A program made the position numbers and the translations under genes. Positions 49,125 through 57,369 of a stretch of 57,369 nucleotides of DNA are shown in pieces. This DNA comes from an uncultured Spartobacteria bacterium (GTDB lineage Bacteria; Verrucomicrobiota; Verrucomicrobiia; Chthoniobacterales; UBA6821). The notes beneath the pieces were generated by a model, which made no database searches, was not told the origin of the DNA, and was given only the letters and a program-made list of their open reading frames with translations. The first letter of the stretch is position 1, and each line of letters starts with the position of its first letter. The stretch is from positions 1-57,369 of the forward strand of contig CAIOJL010000004.1 in NCBI GenBank assembly GCA_903858595.1, given 5' to 3'.

Positions 49125-52004
49125 CTATTGACAGGCCTCGCACTCCCCTCCGTTGCGCATCGCCTCGATGCTGCAGGCGGCGGCATCTTCGGCGGTGAAC
49201 TTCTTTTCCTTTCCCCCCGGCTGCGACTGGGATAGGGACTGGGACTGTGATTGAGGCTGATTGACCCAGTTCGGACGGGCCTGACTGGTGCTCTGCTCGA
49301 CCGTGGAAGCTGCTGTGGCACGCAGGTAGTAAGTGGTCTTGAGACCTGTCTCCCAGGCATGGAGATACATGTCGTTGAGTCTCTTACCGCTCGGGGCGGC
49401 GATGTAGAGGTTCAGGGATTGGCCCATGTCGATCCACTTTTGACGACGGCTGGCACACTCGATGTACCAATGTGGCTCGACCTCGAAGGCCGTGCGGTAG
49501 ATTTCGCGGATCTTCTCCGGAATGCGGTCGATGCCGAGGATGGATCCATCCTTGTACTTGAGTTCTTCGAGCATTTTGCGATCCCAGATGCCGAGCGCCT
49601 TGAGATCCTCGACGAGGTAGCTATTGATAACGGTGAATCCGCCGCTCAGGTTTTCCTTGGCAAAGAGGTTCTTGAAAGTTGGTTCGATCGACTGGGAGAC
49701 ACCCGTGATGTTGGAGATTGTGGCGGTCGGGGCGATCGCCATGGTGTTGCTGTTGCGCATGCCATGCTTCTGGACAGCCACGCGAATGACGCTCCAATCG
49801 AGACTGGAGGAGCGATCCATGCTTACGGGCATTCCCCTCTCCTGCTCAAGGAGATCGATCGTGTCGATCGGCAGCAGGTCGCGATCCCACTTCGATCCTT
49901 TGTAGCTCTCGTAGGCCCCACGCTCGGCGGCAAGCTCCGTGGAGGCTAGGATGGCAAAGTAAGAAATCGCCTCCATGCTAGTATCAGCAAAGCTGACAGC
50001 CTCGTTACTAGCGTAGCTGATCTTCAGCTTGTACAGAGCATCCTGGAATCCCATGAGTCCGAGACCGACGGGGCGGTGACGGAGGTTCGCGGTCCGGGCC
50101 TCGGGGGTCGGATAATAGTTGATGTCGATGACGTTATCGAGCATGCGCATGGCCGTGCGGATGGTCTTCTCCAGGAGGGCCAGATCGAGGCCTCTCTCGG
50201 TTACATGAAGAGGGAGCCCGATGGAACCGAGGTTGCAGACAGCCGTCTCCTCGGCTGAGGTGTTCAGCAGGATCTCGGTGCAAAGGTTAGAGCTATGGAC
50301 GACTCCCTGGTGATCCTGCGGGGAGCGGATGTTGGAGGGATCCTTGAAGGTGATCCAGGGATGGCCTGTCTCGAAGACCATGGATAGAATCTTGCGCCAA
50401 ATGGAGGAAGCCTCGATCCGCTTGAAGAGCGGGATCTCGCCGCGGTCTGCCATGGCCTCGTACTCGCAGTACCGCTCCTCGAAGGCGCGGCCGTAGAGAT
50501 CGTGCAGGTCGGAAACGTCGCTCGGACTGAAGAGTGTCCACTGGCCGTTCTCCTTGACCCTCTTCATGAAGAGGTCGGGGATCCAGTTGGCGGTGTTCAT
50601 GTCGTGGGTGCGGCGGCGCTCGTCGCCCACGTTCTTGCGAAGCTCGAGGAAGTCCTCGATGTCAAGGTGCCAGGTCTCTAGGTAGGCGCACATCGCTCCC
50701 TTGCGCTTCCCGCCTTGGTTCACGGCGACGGCGGTGTCATTGGCGACCTTGAGGAAGGGAATGACACCCTGGCTCTCGCCATTGGTACCCTTGATGAGAG
50801 ATCCTGTGGCGCGGACGTTGGTCCAGTCATTGCCGAGTCCTCCTGCCCACTTCGAGAGCTTTGCGTCGTCGCTGATGCACTTGAAGATATGGTCGAGATC
50901 GTCCATCACCGTTGTCAGATAGCAAGAGCTAAGCTGAGGGTGCAGGGTGCCGCTGTTGAAGAGGGTCGGCGTGGAGGAGGTGAAGAGGAAGCTGGAGAGG
51001 AGTTCGTAGAACTCGATCGCCCGCTCGTTCTTCTGCTCCCCCTCATTCATGGCAAGACCGAGGCAGACGCGCATCCAGAAGAACTGGGGTGACTCGAGGC
51101 GGTGGCCGCCGATGTGAATCAGATAACGATCGTAGATGGTTTGCAGCCCCATGTAGTTGAAGAGGAGATCGCGCTCAGGCTTGAGAGCCGCGGCGATCTT
51201 ACCGAGATCATACTCCAGAAGCCCCGGGGCGAGGCGGCCTGCTGCGATCCCCTCCTCGAGGTAGGCTTGGAAGCGGGAAGTATGCGCGATTGTGACATCG
51301 TGGTAGTGCTCGTAGCCGGGAAGGGTCTCGCCGTAGATCACATCCAGAAGAAGACGGGCGGTTACGTAGCCGTAGGCGGGATCCTGCTCGATGCGGGACT
51401 TCGATGCAAAGATCATCGCCTTCTCGATTTCGTCGATGCGGACGCCGTCGTAGAGGCTCCTCATCGTCTCGTCGGCCATCTCGCGGGCCTCACAGCGGTC
51501 CTCGAAGCCGCGGCATGCGCGGATCAGGGTACGGCGGATGCGCTGCGGCTCGAGGATTTCCTTGCTGCCGTCACGAAGGGTTACATGAAGCTCGGCCTGG
51601 ACATGGCCCGAGACATTGCGGTCGCCTCGCAGAGCGCGGGCCTTACGGCGATCCTCACGGTAGATGATGTACCGGCGGGCTACCTGGACGTGTTCCTGCA
51701 CCATGAGGGCCTCTTCCACTGCATCCTGGACACGCTCGATCTCGAGTTCCTCACCGCGGGCGGCTCGGCTGAGCAGGCGTTGAACGACAGCGACCGTCAC
51801 GGAAAGAACGGCAGCCTGATCCTCCGGAGAAAGGGAATAATCGCTGGGAATATCGCGGTCGGCCTTAAAAGCGCTCTCCACGGCAAGTCGGATCCGCTCC
51901 TCGTTGAAGGGTTCGCTGCGGCCGTCGCGCTTGCGGACGATGAATTCGCAACCCTGCAGGGGGTCGACTCCGCTCAGGGAGAGTTGTCCGGAGAGTGGTT
52001 CCAT
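49125..52004 (-). CDS. nrdA: Ribonucleotide reductase alpha subunit with two ATP cones
   Basis: VRKRDG and VTLRDG cones, [35 protein letters not shown]-terminal CEACQ. ATG 52004 preferred because ATG 52046 overlaps a TATAAT -10 box. Confidence 0.95.
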   Translation of the reverse strand: MEPLSGQLSLSGVDPLQGCEFIVRKRDGRSEPFNEERIRLAVESAFKADRDIPSDYSLSPEDQAAVLSVTVAVVQRLLSRAARGEELEIERVQDAVEEALMVQEHVQVARRYIIYREDRRKARALRGDRNVSGHVQAELHVTLRDGSKEILEPQRIRRTLIRACRGFEDRCEAREMADETMRSLYDGVRIDEIEKAMIFASKSRIEQDPAYGYVTARLLLDVIYGETLPGYEHYHDVTIAHTSRFQAYLEEGIAAGRLAPGLLEYDLGKIAAALKPERDLLFNYMGLQTIYDRYLIHIGGHRLESPQFFWMRVCLGLAMNEGEQKNERAIEFYELLSSFLFTSSTPTLFNSGTLHPQLSSCYLTTVMDDLDHIFKCISDDAKLSKWAGGLGNDWTNVRATGSLIKGTNGESQGVIPFLKVANDTAVAVNQGGKRKGAMCAYLETWHLDIEDFLELRKNVGDERRRTHDMNTANWIPDLFMKRVKENGQWTLFSPSDVSDLHDLYGRAFEERYCEYEAMADRGEIPLFKRIEASSIWRKILSMVFETGHPWITFKDPSNIRSPQDHQGVVHSSNLCTEILLNTSAEETAVCNLGSIGLPLHVTERGLDLALLEKTIRTAMRMLDNVIDINYYPTPEARTANLRHRPVGLGLMGFQDALYKLKISYASNEAVSFADTSMEAISYFAILASTELAAERGAYESYKGSKWDRDLLPIDTIDLLEQERGMPVSMDRSSSLDWSVIRVAVQKHGMRNSNTMAIAPTATISNITGVSQSIEPTFKNLFAKENLSGGFTVINSYLVEDLKALGIWDRKMLEELKYKDGSILGIDRIPEKIREIYRTAFEVEPHWYIECASRRQKWIDMGQSLNLYIAAPSGKRLNDMYLHAWETGLKTTYYLRATAASTVEQSTSQARPNWVNQPQSQSQSLSQSQPGGKEKKFTAEDAAACSIEAMRNGGECEACQ

Positions 52005-52044
52005 AGATTTAGGAAGAGGTTTTTTGATTTTGGGGAAAAAGTCC

Positions 52045-52097
52045 ATTATACACTATATGTTGTGTCTCGAGGACTAGATGACCGCAACTTGTAGATT
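52045..52097 (-). promoter_or_regulatory. nrdAB promoter: -10 TATAAT plus two tandem NrdR boxes
   Basis: ACACTATATGTTGTGT (52050-52065) and CCGCAACTTGTAGATT (52082-52097), 32 bp apart, matching acaCwAtATaTwGtgt; minus-strand TATAAT at 52045-52050. Confidence 0.8.
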
Positions 52098-52296
52098 ATG
52101 CAGTGACATCGGGTCAACCAGAATTGCAGAAATCTTTTTCTTTTTCTTTTTTCTCTTTTGAGGGGGTGAAAAAACAGGGTGTGAACCATGATTTTCCTGC
52201 CCCAGAATCATCTCAGCAAGCACAAGAACCTATTGTGAATAACTATAACTTGGAAAAAGATTGCTCCCTTCTGGTCGTTTACGGGGGGGCTGGCCC

Positions 52297-53547
52297 TTAT
52301 TGGCTGCGCGGCAGGAATACCTCGCCGGAAAGCAAAGTAAGGGCCTCTCCGACCAAGAAGAGCGATCCAGTCAATAGAACAGGGGCTTCCGAAGCAGAAT
52401 CATGGTCCAGGAGCTCCTCCAAGGCCTCCCGAAGTGACCCAAAGACCTTGGGAATGGGTTGTGAACAACCGCTGAAGCACTCCCCTGAAGCTATTTTCCA
52501 AGGATCAGCCGATCGCGGAGAGGCTACCGTCACGAGAAAAATCTCCGAAGCCAGCGGCATCAATTTGGAGAGCATCGCCGAGGGATCCTTGTCCGCAAGC
52601 GCCCCAAAGATCAGTCTGCAAGGGCGCTCTCCATATTCCTCCCGCCACGTGATTGCGAGTTGATGGGCCGAATGGGGATTGTGGGCACCATCAAGGATCA
52701 GCTCAGCCCCGTGAATATGAAGCCGCTGAAAGCGGCCGGGCCAGAACACATCACGGAGCCCTCTATCGAGGGCGTCGGCAGAGGGCTCAAATCCAGCCGC
52801 GCGGATCAGGGAAAGAGCCACCGCGGCATTCCAGCGCTGATGAGATCCAGCTAGACCGAGCGGAATGTCCGAGGGAATCGGCGCGGTGACCCACTGGCAG
52901 GGAGCTTCAATCGCCTGTGCTGTCCTTGCAAGAACCTCCGAGACCTCGGGCTCCTGGGGTGCGATGACAACGGGTATGCCTTCCCGGAGGATCCCGGCCT
53001 TCTCCCTCGCAATCTTGCCCAACGTCCCTCCCAGCCACTCCGAGTGATCGAGGGCGACCGGCGTGATCGCGCAAGCAAGCTTGGTGGCGGTGTTGGTGGC
53101 ATCAAGTCGACCGCCGAGTCCCGTTTCCAACACCACAACCTCGCAGTCAGACCGGTTAAAAAGATCGAAGGCAAGGGCCGTCACCAACTCGAAAAACGTC
53201 GGCTGTTCCTCCTCTCTCCACGATTCCGTGATCTCCCGTAACTGCGCGATTCCTTCATCGATCATGGCATCAGTGACATTCTCCCCGTTGATCCGGATCC
53301 GCTCGGAGAACTCCACCAGATGGGGTGAGGTGTAGAGACCGGTATGGATTCCAATGCTCCGGAGCACGGACTCGGCAACGGCGCAAACGGAGCCCTTACC
53401 ATTCGTGCCCGCCACATGGAGACAACGAAGATTCTTCTCGGGATTTCCCAACGCCGAGAGCAAGCGCTCCATCCGATCGAGTCCAGGATGCACACCCCGG
53501 GACTGCGTGGCCATCAGCCAATCGAGGGATGAGGAATCGGAGATCAT
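52297..53547 (-). CDS. folC: Dihydrofolate/folylpolyglutamate synthase
   Basis: HVAGTNGKGS, YTSPHL, ETGLGGRLDATN, WPGRFQ, LDGAHN, TGSLFLVG. Confidence 0.95.
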   Translation of the reverse strand: MISDSSSLDWLMATQSRGVHPGLDRMERLLSALGNPEKNLRCLHVAGTNGKGSVCAVAESVLRSIGIHTGLYTSPHLVEFSERIRINGENVTDAMIDEGIAQLREITESWREEEQPTFFELVTALAFDLFNRSDCEVVVLETGLGGRLDATNTATKLACAITPVALDHSEWLGGTLGKIAREKAGILREGIPVVIAPQEPEVSEVLARTAQAIEAPCQWVTAPIPSDIPLGLAGSHQRWNAAVALSLIRAAGFEPSADALDRGLRDVFWPGRFQRLHIHGAELILDGAHNPHSAHQLAITWREEYGERPCRLIFGALADKDPSAMLSKLMPLASEIFLVTVASPRSADPWKIASGECFSGCSQPIPKVFGSLREALEELLDHDSASEAPVLLTGSLFLVGEALTLLSGEVFLPRSQ

Positions 53548-53563
53548 CTAAATGAAAAGAAAC

Positions 53564-53645
53564 TCACAGGGCTAAAGGGGAAGAAGGAGATTTTTCGAAA
53601 ACATCTGCATTCCAGATCCCTTTGATCCCCTTTATCCCTATGAAA
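53564..53645. repeat. Dispersed REP-like repeat, two inverted copies between accD and folC
   Basis: TCACAGGGCTAAAGGGGAAGAAGG (53564-53587) and inverted TCCCTTTGATCCCCTTTATCCCTATGAAA (53617-53645). Confidence 0.7.
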
Positions 53646-53687
53646 AACTCGTTACACCTTGATCTCTGTGGGGATTCCCACGCCTCC

Positions 53688-54530
53688 TTACTTTCCCATC
53701 AGGTTCGCAATGATCGTGATGATGGTCTCCCTCATTCGAGAACGAGGCACGATCTCATCGATCAGGCCATGCTCAAGCAAGAACTCGGCGGTCTGGAATC
53801 CCTCGGGTAATTCCTGATGGGTGGTCTCGCGGATCACGCGTGGACCGGCGAAGCCGATCATGGCCCTCGGTTCCGCCAGGGCGATATCACCGAGCGTGGC
53901 GAAGCTGGCCATGACGCCGGCCGTTGTCGGATTCGTCAGGACGGCGATGTAGGGAAGACCCGCCTCGCTGTGGCGGGCTAGGGCGCCGCTGGTCTTGGCC
54001 ATCTGCATGAGGGAGAGCATCCCCTCGTACATACGGGCACCTCCCGAGGCACAGACGATGATCACGGGACGCTTGGCCTTCGTGGAGGCCTCGATGATGC
54101 GGGTGATCTTCTCACCGACTACCGAGCCCATGGTGGCAGCCAGGAAGGAGAAATCCATAACGGCCAATCCGACGGGATGACCTCCCATCACCCCAGAACC
54201 GGTAATCACGGCATCGACGAGTCCGGTCTTCTCCCGATAAGTCTTGAGTCGATCCTCGTAGGTGGCGACTCCTCTGAATCCGAGCGGATCCACCGATGAC
54301 ATCGCGGCATCCGTCTCCTCGAAGGTCCCCTCGTCAACCAGTGTGGAGATCCGCTCTTGCCCCCCCATGGCGAAGTGATGGCCGCATTTGGGGCAGACAC
54401 GCAGATTTTCCTCAACCGCGAGATGATGGACCATCTCGGAACATCCGGGGCACTTTGTCCAGAGACCTTCGGGCATTTCGCGCCGCTTTTTCCCCGAAAA
54501 CTTAAGCGACGGCTTTTTGAACATGGTCAT
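53688..54530 (-). CDS. accD: Acetyl-CoA carboxylase carboxyltransferase beta subunit
   Basis: PEGLWTKCPGC...CPKC zinc finger, MGSVVGEK, SGGARM.EG, GFAGPRVI. Confidence 0.97.
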   Translation of the reverse strand: MTMFKKPSLKFSGKKRREMPEGLWTKCPGCSEMVHHLAVEENLRVCPKCGHHFAMGGQERISTLVDEGTFEETDAAMSSVDPLGFRGVATYEDRLKTYREKTGLVDAVITGSGVMGGHPVGLAVMDFSFLAATMGSVVGEKITRIIEASTKAKRPVIIVCASGGARMYEGMLSLMQMAKTSGALARHSEAGLPYIAVLTNPTTAGVMASFATLGDIALAEPRAMIGFAGPRVIRETTHQELPEGFQTAEFLLEHGLIDEIVPRSRMRETIITIIANLMGK

Positions 54531-54590
54531 GGGTTACAATTCTGCAACAAATCTGCCGTGGATGGAAAGCCTGATGGGGGGAATCGGTTC

Positions 54591-54706
54591 TAGGAGATAG
54601 GTTATAGGGGGAGAATGGAAAGGCGTGGGGCGTGGAAAGAAGAGATCCGTGCCAAATCCAGTTTACCCCATCACCTATGTCCTATTGCCCATTGCTCATT
54701 GCCGAT
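54591..54706. repeat. Two complementary arrays of degenerate 7-bp repeats between comF and accD
   Basis: TAGG at 54591/54598/54605 and C(C/T)NAT at 54667/54674/54681/54688/54695/54702. Confidence 0.6.
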
Positions 54707-55452
54707 CAGCCTCTCGCCACCACCACCGCGCAGACTTCCGCGGCTCCAGCCTCCATCAGAACGGCAGCACAGGCATCCAGCGTGGCCCCCGTCGTCGTGA
54801 CATCGTCAACCAGAAGCATGGAAACTCCTGCCAGTGGAGGCTTCCTGACTTCGAAGGCTCCCTCGAGATTCTCCATTCTTTCCTCACGACTGAGACCGGC
54901 TTGAGGGGCCGTGGCACGGGTACGCTTCAGCAGGTTTTTCACAGGGCATCCGAGATGCTTCCCAATCCTGGCGGCCAGAAGATCTGACTGATTGAACTCG
55001 CGTTCGCGCTCCCGCAGGCGATGGAGAGGTACCGGGACGATGATGTCGAATTCTTTACCAACCAGTCTGGGATCGTTCATAGCCCCGAGCAGGAGATCAC
55101 CCAGAAGAGGCGCCAGTGTCGGGTCGCGGCCGTACTTGAAACGCTTGATCAACTCTCCCGCAACCCCCTCATAGCGACAGGCCGCTACGATGGTGGAAAG
55201 GTGCCAGCTATGGCCGTCGCAGTTCGGACAGCGCGACGTCCCGAGCATCGGATGGGAGCACATCGGGCAAAGATGTTCCGGTGGAGCCAGAATTCCGTTC
55301 CTGCATTCTCCGCAGAGAAAGTTGTCCCGGCTTTCTCTGGCCTCAATACTACATTCACACGAGGCACAATGGGCCGGGTAAACAAGGCTCAACAGGGGAC
55401 TCAGAAACGATGCCCCGGCTCGACGGAGCAATGAATAATCATCGGTTCCCAA
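54706..55452 (-). CDS. comF: ComF family protein (double zinc ribbon + PRTase domain)
   Basis: CxxC pairs, FKY, VPVPLH..R.REREFNQS, LVDDVTTTGATL. Confidence 0.9.
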   Translation of the reverse strand: MGTDDYSLLRRAGASFLSPLLSLVYPAHCASCECSIEARESRDNFLCGECRNGILAPPEHLCPMCSHPMLGTSRCPNCDGHSWHLSTIVAACRYEGVAGELIKRFKYGRDPTLAPLLGDLLLGAMNDPRLVGKEFDIIVPVPLHRLREREREFNQSDLLAARIGKHLGCPVKNLLKRTRATAPQAGLSREERMENLEGAFEVRKPPLAGVSMLLVDDVTTTGATLDACAAVLMEAGAAEVCAVVVARG

Positions 55453-56389
55453 GGGGATGGAGTGGCGGTTGCCTGCGGTGACAGAGCAGGATCATTGCCA
55501 GAAAGCCCGCGAGCAGCAATGCCCCCAGCGGAATGAGCCCCACGGGCACCATGCCGTGGCACTGTGGAGGACCGAACATCGGCAAAAGACGATCCGGAGG
55601 CTGCACGCGGAAACCGATGAGCGCGTTGAATACCTGTTGTCCGAGGATCCAGCTTCCATGGAGTCCAATCGCCGCCCAGAGAGAACCAGTGTGCACCGTC
55701 ATCCAAGCCAGAATGATTCCCGCCACAAAGAGGGTCGTAAACGCCCAGCAGAAGAGCTGCCACGGAGGGAGTGAACTTCCGAGGGAAGCAAGAACGGAAA
55801 GTCCCGAGCACCAAATAGGAGCAACTTCTCCCGACGATGCCGCAGGGAGATTCAAAAAATGAACCCCAGAAAAGATGATGGCCGAGAGCAGGATGGCCAT
55901 CGATGGAACCATCACCTGACGGAAAAATCCTAGAAGCACGCCCCGAAAAAGAAACTCTTCTACCGTGGCGACAACAACGGCGGTCAACAGAAAGCGAGGA
56001 AGAGTCGTCATCAAGCCCGCGCTCCAGCCGGGATGGAGAACAAAAACTCCGGAATAAAGAGCAACCGACTCCAGGAGGAGGAGGCAGGAGACTCCGGAAA
56101 ACAAACCGACCATCAAATCACCCAGGGGGCGGCAGCTGCCATGCAGTCCGAGTTCTCCAACAGATCGGATGCGAAGCGAGCGTAGTAGCGGCCAGAGCAG
56201 CATGATGGCAGCTACCTGCAGACTACGTGAGAGATAGCGGTGGAAGGGCATCCCCTGTATCTTCCCGATCAGACCGCCGAAAAGATGAGGCGGGAGCATC
56301 TGGATCAGATGCCAAGCCATGGGTGCAGCCAGGGTCCCGCCGATCAGGACGAGTAGAAGGTAGAGAAAGATCTTCCCGAGGGAGCGCAC
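55439..56389 (-). CDS. CPBP (CAAX/Abi) family intramembrane glutamic endopeptidase
   Basis: EEFLFRG, FSGVH, GSLWAAIGLH, multiple TM helices; start GTG 56389 or ATG 56416. Confidence 0.88.
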   Translation of the reverse strand: MRSLGKIFLYLLLVLIGGTLAAPMAWHLIQMLPPHLFGGLIGKIQGMPFHRYLSRSLQVAAIMLLWPLLRSLRIRSVGELGLHGSCRPLGDLMVGLFSGVSCLLLLESVALYSGVFVLHPGWSAGLMTTLPRFLLTAVVVATVEEFLFRGVLLGFFRQVMVPSMAILLSAIIFSGVHFLNLPAASSGEVAPIWCSGLSVLASLGSSLPPWQLFCWAFTTLFVAGIILAWMTVHTGSLWAAIGLHGSWILGQQVFNALIGFRVQPPDRLLPMFGPPQCHGMVPVGLIPLGALLLAGFLAMILLCHRRQPPLHPLGNR

Positions 56390-56414
56390 ACAGGGGAAGC
56401 TACCAGCCAAAGCC

Positions 56415-56687
56415 ATGAGAGGAAACCATGAATGGAAAGTCCGTGATGAGGATGGAGTGAAGCGTGAACTCCGTGTCATCAAGGAAGCCAGTCTCTTCCG
56501 CTTCCAGACGAAGAGGACAGATGCCGAAGTCTGGACATACTACGACAACAAGAAGACCAAGCCCCCGGCGGCTGATGTCGAGTCGCTCATTGAAATCCTC
56601 GAACGGAAGTACCAGCGGAAGCGCACCCCCTACAGCGACCTGCTTCTTGCCAAGAAGATGTTGGCCGATGTTTCGAGCCCAAGGTGA
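56415..56687 (+). CDS. Small basic hypothetical protein (90 aa)
   Basis: Host-like codon usage; HEWK...EDG.KRE.R, WTYYD, ILERKYQRKR. Confidence 0.7.
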   Translation: MRGNHEWKVRDEDGVKRELRVIKEASLFRFQTKRTDAEVWTYYDNKKTKPPAADVESLIEILERKYQRKRTPYSDLLLAKKMLADVSSPR

Positions 56688-56864
56688 GCGGTAAGGTTTT
56701 TAGACTGAAGACTGGCTGTTAGGTTAGAGCCGAAGAATACAGACGGAAAAAAACCTCGCTAGGCGTGAGAGCGAAGCCGTAGTAGAGCTACAGCGAGCGA
56801 GCAGCAACAAAGCCACACGCCAAAAGAACCAGCTGATTCCACCAGAATAAGAGTGGAGATGGTA

Positions 56865-57175
56865 TCAGGCCTCCTGAACGACCGGATTGGTGAGCCGTCC
56901 GATGCCGTTGATTTCAATGGAGACCTCGTCGCCGGGCTTGAGCCAGCGCGGGGGCTTGGAGGCCATGCCGACGCCGTGCGGGGTGCCGGCGGGCAGGGTG
57001 TTGCTCCTGCTCAGGAAGGCGATGATCTGGGCGACGGAAAAGATCATGTCGTCGGTGCTCCAGTCCTGCACGGTTTCGCCGTTGAGGATGGTGCGGATGC
57101 CGAGGGGCTGCGGGTCGGTGATTTCATCGGCGGTGACGAGGCACGGGCCCAGCGGGGAGAAGGTGTCGAAGGTCC
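56865..57175 (-). pseudogene. Fumarylacetoacetate hydrolase family C-terminal fragment
   Basis: [10 protein letters not shown]...MIFSV...[11 protein letters not shown]...[16 protein letters not shown]; the N-terminal half and the VILTGT segment are missing. Confidence 0.8.
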
Positions 57176-57218
57176 AGGCCGTGTGCTTGCGGCGGGCGGC
57201 GATCACAAGACCCAAAGA

Positions 57219-57369
57219 CTAAGCCTTTTCGACCTGCCAATATTCGAGCTCCACCGGCGTATCGCGACCGAAAATACTGACCGAGACGCGGAGCTTGCCG
57301 CGCTCGGGGTCGACTTCCTCGACGATACCCTGCTGGTTTTGGAAGGGACCGTCAGAGACCTTGACCTTG
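57219..57369 (-). CDS. nusG: Transcription antitermination factor NusG, 3' end (partial)
   Basis: [49 protein letters not shown] then TAG; KOW domain. Not in the supplied ORF track. Confidence 0.95.
   Translation of the reverse strand, partial: KVKVSDGPFQNQQGIVEEVDPERGKLRVSVSIFGRDTPVELEYWQVEKA

Overview
A GC-rich bacterial chromosome segment, most likely from a Verrucomicrobium-group organism (inferred from gene content and protein style, not proven). It is mostly housekeeping: tRNA-Ser(CGA), nuoA, an LMW-phosphatase-GlyA fusion, zwf-opcA, pgi-pgl, sucCD-gltA, tsaE-tsaB-mrdA, a class A PBP, nrdAB, folC, accD, comF and the 3' end of nusG. The most striking block is a minus-strand surface-protein cluster of about 16 kb (24214-40540): a secreted PstS/DING-like protein, a membrane-anchored orphan with a duplicated motif, a secreted Sel1-repeat protein, and a 4093-aa filamentous-haemagglutinin/DUF3739 exoprotein carrying inserted tandem LysM and CBM5/12-like modules. 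Three of the four genes are preceded by a GTnAC-N6-GTnAC (PHO-box-like) site. Other notable items are a Chlamydia-type class Ic (tyrosyl-radical-free) NrdB under tandem NrdR boxes, a class A PBP with a degenerate transpeptidase active site, a winged-helix plus Lys/Ala/Pro-tail protein resembling linker histone H1, a WecB/TagA glycosyltransferase fused to a non-catalytic WcaJ half, a PLD-chromate transporter operon, a decayed galactokinase, the right end of an IS4-like element at the left edge, and nusG uncoupled from rplK. All family assignments come from reading motifs by eye; no searches were run.
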